The translations under genes were made by a program, and so were the position numbers. 59,257 bases of DNA, taken from NCBI GenBank assembly GCA_046338875.1, contig JBKDVK010000029.1:1-59257 (forward strand), given 5' to 3'. This document shows, one piece after another, positions 1 to 10,843 of this stretch (its first letter is position 1; the number at the start of each line of letters is the position of its first letter). This DNA is from Cyanobacteriota bacterium. GTDB lineage: Bacteria; Cyanobacteriota; Cyanobacteriia; PCC-6307; Cyanobiaceae. The notes beneath the pieces are model-generated. The model was not told where the DNA came from and ran no database searches. It saw nothing but the letters and a program-made list of their open reading frames with translations.

Positions 1-445
1 CACCGATGGACGCAACAAAATGAGCAAGAGCGACCCGAACGAGGCCTCCCGCATCGCCCTGCTCGATCCCCCCGAGCTGATCGTGCGCAAGATCAAGCGG
101 GCCAAGACCGATGCGGTCATGGGTCTTGAATTTGGCAACCCAGAGCGGCCTGAAGCCGACAACCTGCTGGGTCTTTATGCCCTGTTGAGTCAGCAAAGCC
201 GCGCAGCAGCCCTCAACGAATGCGCCGCCATGGGATGGGGCAGCTTCAAACCCCTATTGGCTGACGCCGCCGTAGAAGCCCTCAAACCCCTCCAAGCCCG
301 TTATCGGGAGTGGCGAAACGATCCCGCCAGCGTCAGGGATGTGCTCTGCAAAGGCCAGGAAAAGGCTGCCTCCGTAGCCGCTGACACCCTCGATCGGGTC
401 CGCAATGCGCTCGGACTGCTGCCGTCAATCCCCACAGAGGGCTAA
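1..445 (+). CDS. trpS: Tryptophanyl-tRNA synthetase, 3' part (5'-truncated by window)
   Basis: KMSKS class I synthetase motif at 17-31 (NKMSKSD), followed by KIKRAKTD and GxFKPLLA, typical of the TrpRS C-terminal domain. Confidence 0.93.
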   Translation, partial: TDGRNKMSKSDPNEASRIALLDPPELIVRKIKRAKTDAVMGLEFGNPERPEADNLLGLYALLSQQSRAAALNECAAMGWGSFKPLLADAAVEALKPLQARYREWRNDPASVRDVLCKGQEKAASVAADTLDRVRNALGLLPSIPTEG

Positions 446-463
446 ACGATCGATTTTCGTTTA
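443..463. terminator. Inverted repeat between convergent trpS and TM2 gene (possible weak terminator)
   Basis: TAAACGA-N7-TCGTTTA overlaps the trpS stop. The stem is AT-rich, so support is weak. Confidence 0.3.
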
Positions 464-522
464 ATCAGGCGGCAGCTTCGATTGACTGCAGAAGGTGCAT
501 CGACCGCTTGCGGGCCCGCTGC

Positions 523-1050
523 TCAGGGTTCGAGATACACCACCCTCCCCCGTTCGTCATTACCCACGTGGAGCAAATCGGCCTCCAGCAGCCGCTGAAT
601 CTCCTTGGTGATGGAAGCACTGCTCTGGCCTGGAAGCAGATCCACCTCCAACAAGGCGTCATTGAGGGTGAAACCCCCGGGAGTCCTCTGACGAGCTAGC
701 TGAAGCAACTGCTTCTCCAGGGAGGGCAGCACAGGCAGATTTTGGCGCCCTTGTACTTGCTGTACTTCCTGTACTTGCTGCAGAAGCAAATCCTGATTGG
801 TCTGCTCAACCATCCCGGGGATCAGGAACAGGTCAATCAACTGGCCGATGCCAAACAAACCAAATGTGCACAGCCAAAGAATGCCGCTCAGAGGTTTGCG
901 GTTGTAAAGACGATGGACACCGCAGACCCCAACGAGGGAAAGGCACCAGAGGCCATAGCTGAGCGCCACGCTGCGACGCTCGTTAAAGGGATCGAGGCGC
1001 AGCGGGCCAAAACCGGAGCGAGACGCCAATGAGGGGCAGGCACTGATCAT
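523..1050 (-). CDS. TM2/NINE-domain membrane protein
   Basis: SYGLWCLSLVGVCGVHRLY..G.LWLCTFGLFGIGQLIDLFLIP is a TM2 signature. Start placed at ATG 1050 to avoid overlapping thrS. Confidence 0.8.
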   Translation of the reverse strand: MISACPSLASRSGFGPLRLDPFNERRSVALSYGLWCLSLVGVCGVHRLYNRKPLSGILWLCTFGLFGIGQLIDLFLIPGMVEQTNQDLLLQQVQEVQQVQGRQNLPVLPSLEKQLLQLARQRTPGGFTLNDALLEVDLLPGQSSASITKEIQRLLEADLLHVGNDERGRVVYLEP

Positions 1051-1095
1051 TTGATTCTCCTGCGTAGGATCGCAATTCCCTAGAAGCGGATTCCC

Positions 1096-2994
1096 GTGCC
1101 TGCCTCCGTGAGCGCCGCCGACACTGGCGCCGACACTGCCCATGCGCAAGAGGCCGGCAGCATCGCCACCGGTTCGCTGCCGCTGGCGATGGTCCTGCCG
1201 AAAACGAGTGAAAGTCCCGAGCTGCTACGCATCCGCCACTCCATGAGCCACGTGCTGGCCATGGCAGTGCAAAAGCTGTTTCCCAGGGCCCAGGTAACCA
1301 TCGGCCCCTGGACTGAGAACGGTTTCTACTATGACTTCGACGCCCCCGAGCCCTTCAGCGAGGCCGATCTCAAAGCCATCAAGAAAGAGATGGTGCGGAT
1401 CATCGCCAAGAAACTGCCGCTTGAGCGCATTGAGGTGAGCCGGCAAGACGCCGAAGCTCGCATCCGCAGCCAAAACGAGCCCTACAAGCTGGAGATCCTG
1501 GCGGGGCTTCAGGACCCGATCACCCTTTACACCCTTGGTGACGAATGGTGGGATCTATGTGCCGGCCCCCATGTGGCCAACACCAGCGAGCTCAACCCCA
1601 AGGCCTTCGAGCTGGAGAGTGTGGCCGGGGCTTATTGGCGCGGCGATGAGAAGAGGGCCCAACTGCAACGCATCTATGGAACCGCCTGGCAGACCCCAGA
1701 GCAGCTGGCTGAATACAAGCGCCGCAAGGAAGAGGCCCTGCGCCGGGACCATCGCCGCATCGGCACCGATCTGGACCTGTTTTCGATTGAGGACGAGGCC
1801 GGGGCCGGCCTGGTGTTCTGGCATCCACGCGGTGCCCGCATGCGCTTGCTGATCGAGGACTACTGGCGCAGCGCCCATTTCGAAGACGGCTACGAGCTGC
1901 TCTATACCCCCCACGTTGCCGATATTGACCTGTGGAAGACCTCAGGCCATCTCGACTTCTACCGGGAGAGCATGTTCGGCCCCATGCAGGTGGATGAGCG
2001 CGAGTTCCAGCTCAAACCGATGAACTGTCCCTTCCATGTGCTGACCTACGCCAACCGGTTGCGCTCCTACCGCGAACTACCGATCCGCTGGGCCGAGCTG
2101 GGCACCGTCTATCGCTATGAGCGGCCGGGGGTGATGCACGGCCTGATGCGGGTACGGGGCTTCACCCAGGACGACGCCCACGTCTTTTGCCTGCCCGAGC
2201 AGATCGGCGATGAGATCTTGCGGGTGCTCAACCTGACCGAACGCATTCTTTCGGCCTTTGATTTTCGTCAATACCAAATCCACCTGTCCACCCGCCCAGA
2301 GTCCTCGATCGGCGAAGATACCGTTTGGGATCTGGCGACCCAGGGACTGATCGAAGCGCTGGATCGCAAGGGATGGGCCTACAAGATTGATGCAGGGGGC
2401 GGAGCCTTCTACGGCCCCAAGATCGATCTCAAGATCGAAGACGCGATTGGCCGCTTGTGGCAGTGCTCCACCATCCAACTCGACTTCAATCTCCCCGAAC
2501 GCTTCGACCTTGAATACGTGGCCGCCGATGGCAGCCGCCAGCGACCGATCATGATCCACCGCGCCATCTTCGGCTCGCTGGAAAGGTTCTTCGGGATCAT
2601 GACCGAGAATTATGCGGGCGATTTTCCCTTTTGGCTGGCGGCTGAACAGATCCGCTTGCTGCCGGTGACCGATGACGTGCGCCCCTGGGCCGAAGCCCTG
2701 CAATCCCAGTTGGCCGCCGCTGGGGTGCGGGCCAGCGTCGATCGCAGCGCTGACCGGCTGGGCAAAATGATTCGCACTGGCGAACAACAAAAGATTCCCG
2801 TGCTGGCCGTGATTGGCGAACGGGAGGCCGAAGCGGGTGGGGCCAGCCTGCGCAGCCGCCGCGAAGGCGACCTGGGGTTGGTGCAGGCCCAAACCTTGAT
2901 CCAGGCCGCCGTCGCCGCCAACCAGGCCCGCGCCGCTGGGCTCCGCATCAAGGAGGCGGTGGCGATCGGAGCGGCGACCGTCTCGGCCCCATGA
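1096..2994 (+). CDS. thrS: Threonyl-tRNA synthetase
   Basis: Motifs RHSMSH, DLCAGPH, LKPMNCP, RVRGFTQDDAH, GAFYGPKID and IHRAIFGSLERF. Exact start uncertain. Confidence 0.97.
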   Translation: MPASVSAADTGADTAHAQEAGSIATGSLPLAMVLPKTSESPELLRIRHSMSHVLAMAVQKLFPRAQVTIGPWTENGFYYDFDAPEPFSEADLKAIKKEMVRIIAKKLPLERIEVSRQDAEARIRSQNEPYKLEILAGLQDPITLYTLGDEWWDLCAGPHVANTSELNPKAFELESVAGAYWRGDEKRAQLQRIYGTAWQTPEQLAEYKRRKEEALRRDHRRIGTDLDLFSIEDEAGAGLVFWHPRGARMRLLIEDYWRSAHFEDGYELLYTPHVADIDLWKTSGHLDFYRESMFGPMQVDEREFQLKPMNCPFHVLTYANRLRSYRELPIRWAELGTVYRYERPGVMHGLMRVRGFTQDDAHVFCLPEQIGDEILRVLNLTERILSAFDFRQYQIHLSTRPESSIGEDTVWDLATQGLIEALDRKGWAYKIDAGGGAFYGPKIDLKIEDAIGRLWQCSTIQLDFNLPERFDLEYVAADGSRQRPIMIHRAIFGSLERFFGIMTENYAGDFPFWLAAEQIRLLPVTDDVRPWAEALQSQLAAAGVRASVDRSADRLGKMIRTGEQQKIPVLAVIGEREAEAGGASLRSRREGDLGLVQAQTLIQAAVAANQARAAGLRIKEAVAIGAATVSAP

Positions 2995-4022
2995 CCACCC
3001 TGCTAGCTGGCGATATTGGCGGCACCAAAACCCTGCTGAGCCTCTATGGCGCCGACGCCCTTGAGCTGCTGGCCCAGGAGCGCTACATCTCAGCCGACTG
3101 GGTCGATCTGGCGCCGATGGTGCGCCATTTTCTGGATCAAGCGGAGGTCCGGGCCCATCCCCGCCCCAGGGCGGCCTGCTTTGCCGTGGCCGGACCGGTG
3201 CATGGCAGCCAGGCCAAACTCACCAACCTGCCTTGGCAGCTGGATGAATCCCGATTGGCCGTGGACTGCGATCTCGAAAGGGTCGCCCTGGTCAACGATT
3301 TTGCCGTTCTGATCTACTGCCTGCCCCATTTGACTCCGCCCCAGAGGGCCAGCGTCCGCCCGGGTGAAGCCAGTGCTGGAGAGCCCGTGCTGGTGTTGGG
3401 GGCCGGCACCGGACTGGGGGTGGCGATCGGTTTGCCCACTGATAACGGGCTGCTGGCCATGGCCAGTGAGGCCGCCCATGGCGAATTTGCCCCCCGCAGC
3501 GACGCTGAGTGGCAGCTGCGCCAATGGCTGCTCGACGACCTGGGCTTGCAGCGCCTCTCCATCGAAAGGGTGGTGAGCGGCACCGGCTTGGGCCATGTGG
3601 CCCGTTGGTTGATGGACCAGGAACAGCCCGCCAGCGACCATCCCCTGGCGGTAGCGGGTCGCCGCCGGCAAGGGGAGGAGTCCGGTAGCGAAGGCTCCCG
3701 CAGCGACCTGCCGGCGGCGGTGGCCGCGGCCGCCGCCGCCGGAGATCCCCTGGCCTCCAGGGCCCTCCGCCTCTGGCTCGGCGCCTACGGCTCGGTGACC
3801 GGCGATCTGGCCCTGGGCTGCCTGGCCCGTGGCGGTATCTGGCTGGCCGGCGGTACGGCGGCCAAACAGCTGGAAGGATTGCGTTCGACCCCGTTTAGCG
3901 AGGCCTTTTTAGCCAAGGGTCGCCTGCGCTCCACCCTCGAGCCCATCCCAATCACGGCGATCCTCGACCCGGCGATCGGCTCCTTCAGCGCCGCCTGTCG
4001 GGCCCGCATGCTGCTTGGTTGA
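2991..4022 (+). CDS. glk: Glucokinase
   Basis: LAGDIGGTKT, NDF, GAGTGLG, SEAAH and FLAKGR motifs. ATGA overlap with the thrS stop. Confidence 0.93.
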   Translation: MTTLLAGDIGGTKTLLSLYGADALELLAQERYISADWVDLAPMVRHFLDQAEVRAHPRPRAACFAVAGPVHGSQAKLTNLPWQLDESRLAVDCDLERVALVNDFAVLIYCLPHLTPPQRASVRPGEASAGEPVLVLGAGTGLGVAIGLPTDNGLLAMASEAAHGEFAPRSDAEWQLRQWLLDDLGLQRLSIERVVSGTGLGHVARWLMDQEQPASDHPLAVAGRRRQGEESGSEGSRSDLPAAVAAAAAAGDPLASRALRLWLGAYGSVTGDLALGCLARGGIWLAGGTAAKQLEGLRSTPFSEAFLAKGRLRSTLEPIPITAILDPAIGSFSAACRARMLLG

Positions 4023-4084
4023 TCGACTCCAGCCCAAGGGCCGGGAAGGCCAGGTGGGAGAGTGGGGTCTGTACTTGGATGCAA

Positions 4085-5053
4085 ATGGCGCGCCCCCAGA
4101 TCGGCCAGGGGGTGGTGGTGGATGTTCCCGCCACCACGGCTAACCTGGGCCCTGGTTTTGATTGCCTCGGAGCGGCCGTCGACCTCAATAATCGCTTCGA
4201 ACTGCGCTGCCTTGAAGGCGGCAGCGAACGCTTCGATCTGATCATTGAAGGTAGCGAAGGTAGTCACCTGCGCGGCGGACCCGACAACCTCATGTATCGA
4301 GCCGCCCAACGGGTGTGGCGGGAGGCGGAACTAGAACCGGTGGGACTTGAGGCCCGCGTGCGGCTGGCGGTGCCGCCGGCCCGCGGGCTGGGCAGCAGCG
4401 CCACGGCCATTGTGGCCGGTTTGATCGGGGCGAATGCCCTCGCCGGGGAACCGCTGGGCACCGAGAAACTCCTGGAGTTGGCGATCGAACTGGAGGGCCA
4501 TCCCGACAACGTCGTGCCCTCCCTGCTGGGGGGCCTCTGTCTGACGGCCCGCACCTCCTCTCCCAACTGGCGTGTCTTGCGCTGTGGCTGGGATCCTTCT
4601 GTGCAACTGGTGGTGGCGATCCCTTCGATCCGCCTGAGTACCAGCGAGGCACGCCGGGCGATGCCGCGCAGTATTCCGATCAGCGATGCGGTGCTCAACC
4701 TGGGCTGCCTCACCCTGCTGTTGCAGGGTCTGCGCACGGGCGATGGAGCCCTGATCAGCGACGGCATGCAGGACCGTATCCACGAGCCCTACCGCTGGGG
4801 GCTGATCCAGGGTGGTCGCAGCGTGCGTGAGGCGGCCCTTGGGGCCGGAGCCTGGGGCTGTGTGATCAGTGGAGCCGGACCGACCCTGCTTTCCCTCTGC
4901 TCCGCGGAAACAGCCGTGGCAGTGGGGGATGCCATGGTGTCAGCCTGGGAAGCGGAAGGAGTCAGCAGCCACCGAGCTGTACTGGCCCTTCAACACCGTG
5001 GCAGCACCTGGACAGCCCTGCCGGACCAGGTTCGAGCCAGTGGCCGTACCTAA
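4085..5053 (+). CDS. thrB: Homoserine kinase
   Basis: VPATTANLGPGFD, ARGLGSS, EGHPDN and ISGAGPT (GHMP kinase) motifs. Confidence 0.96.
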   Translation: MARPQIGQGVVVDVPATTANLGPGFDCLGAAVDLNNRFELRCLEGGSERFDLIIEGSEGSHLRGGPDNLMYRAAQRVWREAELEPVGLEARVRLAVPPARGLGSSATAIVAGLIGANALAGEPLGTEKLLELAIELEGHPDNVVPSLLGGLCLTARTSSPNWRVLRCGWDPSVQLVVAIPSIRLSTSEARRAMPRSIPISDAVLNLGCLTLLLQGLRTGDGALISDGMQDRIHEPYRWGLIQGGRSVREAALGAGAWGCVISGAGPTLLSLCSAETAVAVGDAMVSAWEAEGVSSHRAVLALQHRGSTWTALPDQVRASGRT

Positions 5054-5222
5054 GTCGGCCCTGGGCCTGCCAACAGGGACGCTGCCGGTTACGAATCGGA
5101 CAGCACCAATGGGTAGATATGCTCACTAGTCTTATCGGGCTCGGGAGAACGCTGCTGCGCTTCCTCCCGGCCCCGTGCCGGTCGGTACCCTCGCCGGCGT
5201 CCCTTCACCCGCAATCGCCCTG

Positions 5223-6830
5223 ATGGACGTCCTCCTTGCCCTGGCAACCGCGTCCGCAGGATCGATACCGCTGAGCACCGAGGTCGCTGCCCAGGCCGGA
5301 TCCATACCCTGGCTGAGCTTGATTGTGCTGTTGCCAGCAGCTGGGGCCCTCTTGATGCCCCTGCTACCGGGTGACAGTGATGATCCCCGGGCACCCCGGA
5401 CCCTGGCCTTGGGGGTTTTGCTGATAGACCTGGCCCTGATGCTCTGGGTCTTTTGGCGCCACTTTGATGGCTCGCTCAGCAGCTTGCAACTGGTAGAGCG
5501 CATCAATTGGATCCCGATCCTGCACCTTGAATGGTCCTTGGGGGCCGACGGACTCTCGGCGCCCCTGGTGGTGCTCAGCGGCTTGGTCACCTTGCTGGCG
5601 GTGGCGGCGAGCTGGTCAATCAAGAGCAAAACCCGTCTTTATTTCGGCCTCTTGTTGCTGCAGGCATCCGCCCAGGCAATGGTTTTTCTTTCCCAGGACT
5701 TCCTGTTGTTCTTCCTGGCCTGGGAACTGGAGCTGGTGCCGGTTTACCTGCTCATCGCCATCTGGGGTGGTACCCAACGCCAGTACGCCGCCACCAAATT
5801 CATCCTTTACACCGCCACAGCCTCCCTGCTGATATTGATCAGCGGCCTGGCCATTGCCCTTTCAGGTGACACCTTCACCCTCAATATCAGCGAAATGGCG
5901 GCCCGTTCCCCAGGGGGCACCTTTGGCCTGCTCTGTTATTTAGGTTTTCTGATCGGTTTTGGGGTCAAGTTACCGATCTTCCCCCTGCACACCTGGCTTC
6001 CCGATGCCCACGGCGAAGCCAATGCTCCCGTTTCGATGTTGTTGGCAGGAGTGCTGCTCAAGATGGGCGGCTATGCCCTACTGCGCTTCAACGTGCAGAT
6101 GCTGCCCCAGGTGCATCAGATCCTGGCGCCAGCCCTGATCGTTCTGGGCATCGTCAACATCATCTGGGGGGCCCTCAATGCCTTTGCCCAAGACAACGTC
6201 AAACGGCGCATCGCCTGTAGTTCGGTGAGCCATATGGGCTTCGTGCTGCTCGGCATTGGGGCGATTGATGCGCTCGGCATGAGTGGCGCCATGCTGCAGA
6301 TGATCAGCCATGGCTTGATCGCAGCAGCCATGTTCTTCATCACAGGCGTCTTCTACGAGCGCACCAAAACCCTCTCGATTCCCAACATGGGTGGCTTGGC
6401 CAAGGTGTTGCCAATCACCTTTGCCTTCTTTCTCGCCAGTTCCCTGGCCTCCCTGGCCCTGCCTGGGATGAGCGGCTTCATCAGTGAAATCACTGTCTTT
6501 CTTGGCGTCACCTCCAACAACGACTTCACCGTGCCGTTTCGGGTCATCACCGTTGTCCTGGCGGCGATTGGGTTGGTGCTAACACCTGTTTATTTGCTCT
6601 CCCTGTGCCGCAGGGTGTTCTTCGGTCCCCGAATCCCCGCCCTGGCGCAAGTGGGAGACATGAAGCCCCGGGAACTGCTGATTGGCCTCAGCTTGCTGGT
6701 GCCCACCCTGGTGATTGGTTTCTGGCCCAGGGTGGCGATCGATCTCTATGAAGCCAGCACCAATGCCCTGGCCAACGGAGTCGCCAACCAGGCTCCATTG
6801 GCCTTGGCGGGTTTCGGCGGCCTCGGTTAA
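5223..6830 (+). CDS. ndhD: NAD(P)H-quinone oxidoreductase subunit 4 (NdhD, probably the D2-like paralog)
   Basis: Hydrophobic NuoM-like protein with [27 protein letters not shown] and SSVSHMGFV. Paralog assignment is inference. Confidence 0.93.
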   Translation: MDVLLALATASAGSIPLSTEVAAQAGSIPWLSLIVLLPAAGALLMPLLPGDSDDPRAPRTLALGVLLIDLALMLWVFWRHFDGSLSSLQLVERINWIPILHLEWSLGADGLSAPLVVLSGLVTLLAVAASWSIKSKTRLYFGLLLLQASAQAMVFLSQDFLLFFLAWELELVPVYLLIAIWGGTQRQYAATKFILYTATASLLILISGLAIALSGDTFTLNISEMAARSPGGTFGLLCYLGFLIGFGVKLPIFPLHTWLPDAHGEANAPVSMLLAGVLLKMGGYALLRFNVQMLPQVHQILAPALIVLGIVNIIWGALNAFAQDNVKRRIACSSVSHMGFVLLGIGAIDALGMSGAMLQMISHGLIAAAMFFITGVFYERTKTLSIPNMGGLAKVLPITFAFFLASSLASLALPGMSGFISEITVFLGVTSNNDFTVPFRVITVVLAAIGLVLTPVYLLSLCRRVFFGPRIPALAQVGDMKPRELLIGLSLLVPTLVIGFWPRVAIDLYEASTNALANGVANQAPLALAGFGGLG

Positions 6831-6938
6831 CCCTGCCACCGACGCCTCCCAGACCTCCCCGCGCGGAGATCCGACCTGCCAGGGTGCCCAGTGGCGGTTC
6901 GGCTGAGTTGGAATAACCATCACAACGACCTTCAACCC

Positions 6939-9095
6939 ATGAGTACCTCCCTCGAACGTCCAGCCCTGTTGGCTGGTGAAGGCCTGCCCACGTTCGAGGC
7001 CGTCACCCCCGACCAGGTCACCAGCCACATACCCGAGTTGTTGAACCAACTGGAAAGTGAGCTGGATCAACTGGAAGCCACGTTGGCGCAGGCCCTCGAA
7101 CAGGGCCGCCCCCTCAGCTGGAATGAAGTGATGGATCCCCTGCATCGACTGGGGGAACGGCTGCGCTGGAGCTGGGGTGTGGTGAGCCACCTCAACGGGG
7201 TGTGTAACAGCCCCGAGCTGCGCACCGCCCACGCCAGCCAGCAGCCGGCGGTGGTGGCTTTTGGCAACCGTGCTGGCCAGAGCCGCACGGTCTACGCCGC
7301 CCTGCGGGCCCTAGAGCGCCAGGGGGGTTTGGATGGCACCCAGCAACGCATCCTGGCGGCCGAATTGCGGGATATGGACCTGCGCGGGGTCGGCCTTGGC
7401 GGCGAAGCCCAGCAAGCCTTCAATGCCACCAACCAGGAGCTGGCTGAACTGGCCACCCGCTTCGGCAACAACGTCCTCGACGCCACCAACGGCTGGACAC
7501 TCCTCCTGGAGGGCACCGACGAGGTGGCAGGCCTACCTGAGAGCGTGCTGCAGCTGCTGGCCCAAGCGGCCGCCGAAGCCGGCCACACCCAAGCTGATGG
7601 GTCCGCCCCTACGGCCACTGCAGGCCCCTGGTTGATGGGCCTGGACATGCCCCGTTTCGGCCCCTTCCTGCAATATGGCCGCAACCGGGCCCTGCGGGAG
7701 CGGGCCTACAAGGCCCATGTCAGCCGGGCCTCGGGCGAAGAGGGTGGCAACTGGCCGCTGATCGAACGCATCTTGAGCCTGCGCCTGGACCAGGCCAGGC
7801 GGCTGGGTTATGCCAACTGGGCCGAAGTCAGCCTGGCCTCCAAGATGGCGGGCTCAGAACAGGAGGTGGAAGCGCTGCTCGAAGACCTGCGGGTCGCCGC
7901 CCTGCCCGCCGCCCGGCGGGAGCTGGCGGAACTGCAGCAATGTGCGGCCCGCGCTGGGGCTCCGGAAGCCGCCGATCTGAAGCCGTGGGATGTGAGTTTC
8001 TGGGCCGAGGCCCGCCGCCAGGAACTCTTCGAGCTCGATAGCGAGGCCCTGCGGCCCTGGTTTCCGCTGCCCCAGGTGCTGGCAGGGCTTTTCGGGCTCT
8101 GCGATCGGCTGTTTGCGATCACGATCGAGGCCGCCGATGGCGAGGCACCCGTCTGGCATCCGGAGGTGCGCTTCTTCAGGGTCTTGGACCGCGACAGCGG
8201 CCAACCCCTGGCTGCTTTCTACCTCGACCCTTACAGCCGTCCCGGTAGCAAGCGGGGCGGGGCCTGGATGGATGAATGCCTGGTCCGGCAGACCAAGCCA
8301 GACGGCACCGCCGTGCTGCCTGTGGCCTACCTGGTCTGCAACCAAAGCCCACCGGTGGGCGAAACCCCCAGCTTGATGACCTTCCAGGAAGTGGAAACCC
8401 TTTTCCACGAATTCGGCCATGGCCTCCAGCACATGCTCACCACCGTGGAGCGTCCCCAGGCCGCCGGCATCAACAACGTCGAATGGGACGCGGTGGAATT
8501 GCCCAGCCAATTCATGGAGAACTGGTGCTACGACCGAGCCACCTTGCTGGGGATGGCACGCCACTGGCAAACCGCTGAACCCCTACCTGAAGCGGAGTTC
8601 GCCAAACTGCAGGCCGCCCGTACCTTCATGGGCGGTGCCGCCACCCTGCGCCAAGTCCATTTCGCCCTGACAGACCTGAGGTTGCACAGCCAATGGACAC
8701 CGGAAGCAGGGGTGACTCCAGAGCAATTACGCCGCCAAATTGCCACCACCACTACGGTGCTCGAACCGATTGAGGAAGATGCTTTCCTTTGCAGCTTTGG
8801 CCATATCTTTGCCGGCGGCTATTCAGCGGGTTACTACTCCTATAAGTGGGCTGAAGTGCTCAGCGCCGATGCCTTCAGCGCCTTTGAGGAAGCGGGTCTC
8901 GACAACGACTCCTTGGTGCGCGCCACAGGCCGTCGCTTCCGCGACACCGTATTGAGCCAGGGCGGCAGCCGCCACCCCAGCGAGGTGTTCGAAAGCTTCC
9001 GTGGCCGCAGTCCCTCAGCCAGTGCCCTGATCCGCCACAGCGGCCTGGAGGCAGGCAACGCTCGTGTGGCGGTGGCAGCCGGGGCAGCCGGCTGA
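6939..9095 (+). CDS. prlC: Oligopeptidase A (M3 metallopeptidase)
   Basis: HEFGH zinc motif, KRGGAWM, VELPSQFME and HIFAGGYSAGYYSY. Confidence 0.95.
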   Translation: MSTSLERPALLAGEGLPTFEAVTPDQVTSHIPELLNQLESELDQLEATLAQALEQGRPLSWNEVMDPLHRLGERLRWSWGVVSHLNGVCNSPELRTAHASQQPAVVAFGNRAGQSRTVYAALRALERQGGLDGTQQRILAAELRDMDLRGVGLGGEAQQAFNATNQELAELATRFGNNVLDATNGWTLLLEGTDEVAGLPESVLQLLAQAAAEAGHTQADGSAPTATAGPWLMGLDMPRFGPFLQYGRNRALRERAYKAHVSRASGEEGGNWPLIERILSLRLDQARRLGYANWAEVSLASKMAGSEQEVEALLEDLRVAALPAARRELAELQQCAARAGAPEAADLKPWDVSFWAEARRQELFELDSEALRPWFPLPQVLAGLFGLCDRLFAITIEAADGEAPVWHPEVRFFRVLDRDSGQPLAAFYLDPYSRPGSKRGGAWMDECLVRQTKPDGTAVLPVAYLVCNQSPPVGETPSLMTFQEVETLFHEFGHGLQHMLTTVERPQAAGINNVEWDAVELPSQFMENWCYDRATLLGMARHWQTAEPLPEAEFAKLQAARTFMGGAATLRQVHFALTDLRLHSQWTPEAGVTPEQLRRQIATTTTVLEPIEEDAFLCSFGHIFAGGYSAGYYSYKWAEVLSADAFSAFEEAGLDNDSLVRATGRRFRDTVLSQGGSRHPSEVFESFRGRSPSASALIRHSGLEAGNARVAVAAGAAG

Positions 9096-9111
9096 GCCTG
9101 GAGCTGGCAAC

Positions 9112-9582
9112 ATGCGGCGCCATGGCATCGATCTGGAGGGGCTGGAGTACGGCAATGCCTGGGAACTCCGCCCCGCCGACCAACCTCATAGCAACTGGAT
9201 CATCGGTGATCACCCGGCGATCCCCACAGATTCGCTGCGGTTTGTGCGGCACCGCTCCGAAGCCCCTGGCCAAGAAACTGCCGCCTTGGTGCAAAACCTC
9301 TCACTGAAGTGGTTTGAGCACCAGCCGGACGACTGCCCGGCATGGGGCCAGGCCAAACCACCCAGCCAGGGCCGCAGCCTCTCGCTTTTGGCAGGCGAAG
9401 GGGAATTTGAACTGCGCTTCCGCCGTGGGCAGAGGGAGCTGGTGCTGGTGCTTGATGTCCCTGGGGATTACGCCCTCTGGGGCGAGGGGTTGGAGCACAG
9501 CTGGCGGCCGCTGCGGCCCTCTTCCCTATTGACCCTGCGCTGGCTGCCGGCTGATGGGACGGCCAACCATGCAGGGCCCTGA
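9112..9582 (+). CDS. Hypothetical protein, probable cupin fold
   Basis: C-terminal PGDYALWGEGLEHSW..LTLRW resembles cupin motif 2. ATG lies 16 bp after the prlC stop. Confidence 0.55.
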   Translation: MRRHGIDLEGLEYGNAWELRPADQPHSNWIIGDHPAIPTDSLRFVRHRSEAPGQETAALVQNLSLKWFEHQPDDCPAWGQAKPPSQGRSLSLLAGEGEFELRFRRGQRELVLVLDVPGDYALWGEGLEHSWRPLRPSSLLTLRWLPADGTANHAGP

Positions 9583-9604
9583 GCCCTGAATCGGCCTTGA
9601 GCCC

Positions 9605-10783
9605 TTAAATCGCTACCCCATCGCCATCAAAAAGCCGCCAGCCCGTTGGATCCACCTCCAAATGCACCTCCTGGTCAAGCTGGATGCGCTGCTCCGGCGG
9701 TACCCGAACCAAGACAAGATGCTCGCCGGCATCAAGACGGCAGGTGACCAATTGCTCGTTGCCCAGGGCCTCCAAATGGCAGACGCGGGCGGCCAGGGTT
9801 TGGGCGGTGGCCGCACCAGCAACCCGCAGATGTTCGGGCCGCAGCCCGGCGGTCAGGGATTGGCCCAGCAGGGCCCCCAGGTGGGCGGTCCCCTCGGCAG
9901 CAATGTTGAGCAGTTGCTGGGCGAGCACTAGTTGATGGGGCCCAGCAACGGTCACGGGCAGCAGGTTCATCGGCGGACTGCCGATGAACTGGGCCACAAA
10001 TAGATTGGCGGGTTGGCGATAGAGCTCCATCGGCGTGCCGAGTTGCTGCAGATGGCCCTGGTTCAGCACGGCAATGCGGTGGCCCATCGTCATCGCTTCC
10101 ACCTGGTCATGGGTGACGTAGAGCGTGGTGGTACCCAGGCGGCGCTGCAGGGCGACGATCTGGGCCCGGGTGCCATTGCGCAACTTGGCGTCGAGGTTGC
10201 TGAGGGGCTCATCCATCAGGAACACCGACGGCTGGCGGGCGATTGCCCGCCCCAGCGCCACCCGCTGCTTCTGCCCCCCGGACAGTTCTTTGGGGAGCCG
10301 ATCAAGCAGGGCATCAAGTTCGAGCAGGCCAGCCACCTCGGCAACCCGGGCCTCGATGCGGCGCTCCCGCAAGGAAGGCACCTGCAGGCCCTTGGGCCAA
10401 CTGCGGGCCAGTTGGTGCAGGGAATCCTGGAACTGCTGGGGGAGAGTACGGGGCCGACTGCGCCGCAGCCCAAAGCCGATGTTGTCCCGCACACTCAGGT
10501 GGGGATAGAGGGCATAGCTCTGGAACACCATGGCGACGTCCCGTTGCGAGGGCCGCAGCCCCACCACCGGGCGCCCCCCAACGCTGATCGCTCCGCTGCT
10601 GGGGGTCTCCAGGCCAGCCAAAAGCCGCAACAAGGTGCTTTTGCCGCAGCCTGATGGTCCCACCAAGACAAGGAACTCGCCATCGGCCACTGCCAGATCC
10701 AGATCCCGCAAGACGGTCACCGGCGCGGCGCCCCGGCGGGGGGGGTAGATCTTGCTGACCCCCTGGAAGCGAACCTCGGCCAA
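9605..10783 (-). CDS. Sugar/osmolyte ABC transporter ATP-binding protein (MalK/GgtA-like)
   Basis: GPSGCGKS Walker A, VFQSYALYPH, LSGGQKQR, DEPLSNLDA and a C-terminal TOBE-like region. Start taken at TTG 10783 because the longer ORF overlaps obgE. Confidence 0.92.
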   Translation of the reverse strand: MAEVRFQGVSKIYPPRRGAAPVTVLRDLDLAVADGEFLVLVGPSGCGKSTLLRLLAGLETPSSGAISVGGRPVVGLRPSQRDVAMVFQSYALYPHLSVRDNIGFGLRRSRPRTLPQQFQDSLHQLARSWPKGLQVPSLRERRIEARVAEVAGLLELDALLDRLPKELSGGQKQRVALGRAIARQPSVFLMDEPLSNLDAKLRNGTRAQIVALQRRLGTTTLYVTHDQVEAMTMGHRIAVLNQGHLQQLGTPMELYRQPANLFVAQFIGSPPMNLLPVTVAGPHQLVLAQQLLNIAAEGTAHLGALLGQSLTAGLRPEHLRVAGAATAQTLAARVCHLEALGNEQLVTCRLDAGEHLVLVRVPPEQRIQLDQEVHLEVDPTGWRLFDGDGVAI

Positions 10784-10843
10784 TCCGGCGCTGCGACGGG
10801 CGGATCTTAGGGTTAAGGACTGGGCCCTGCGGCATCGTTTCCC

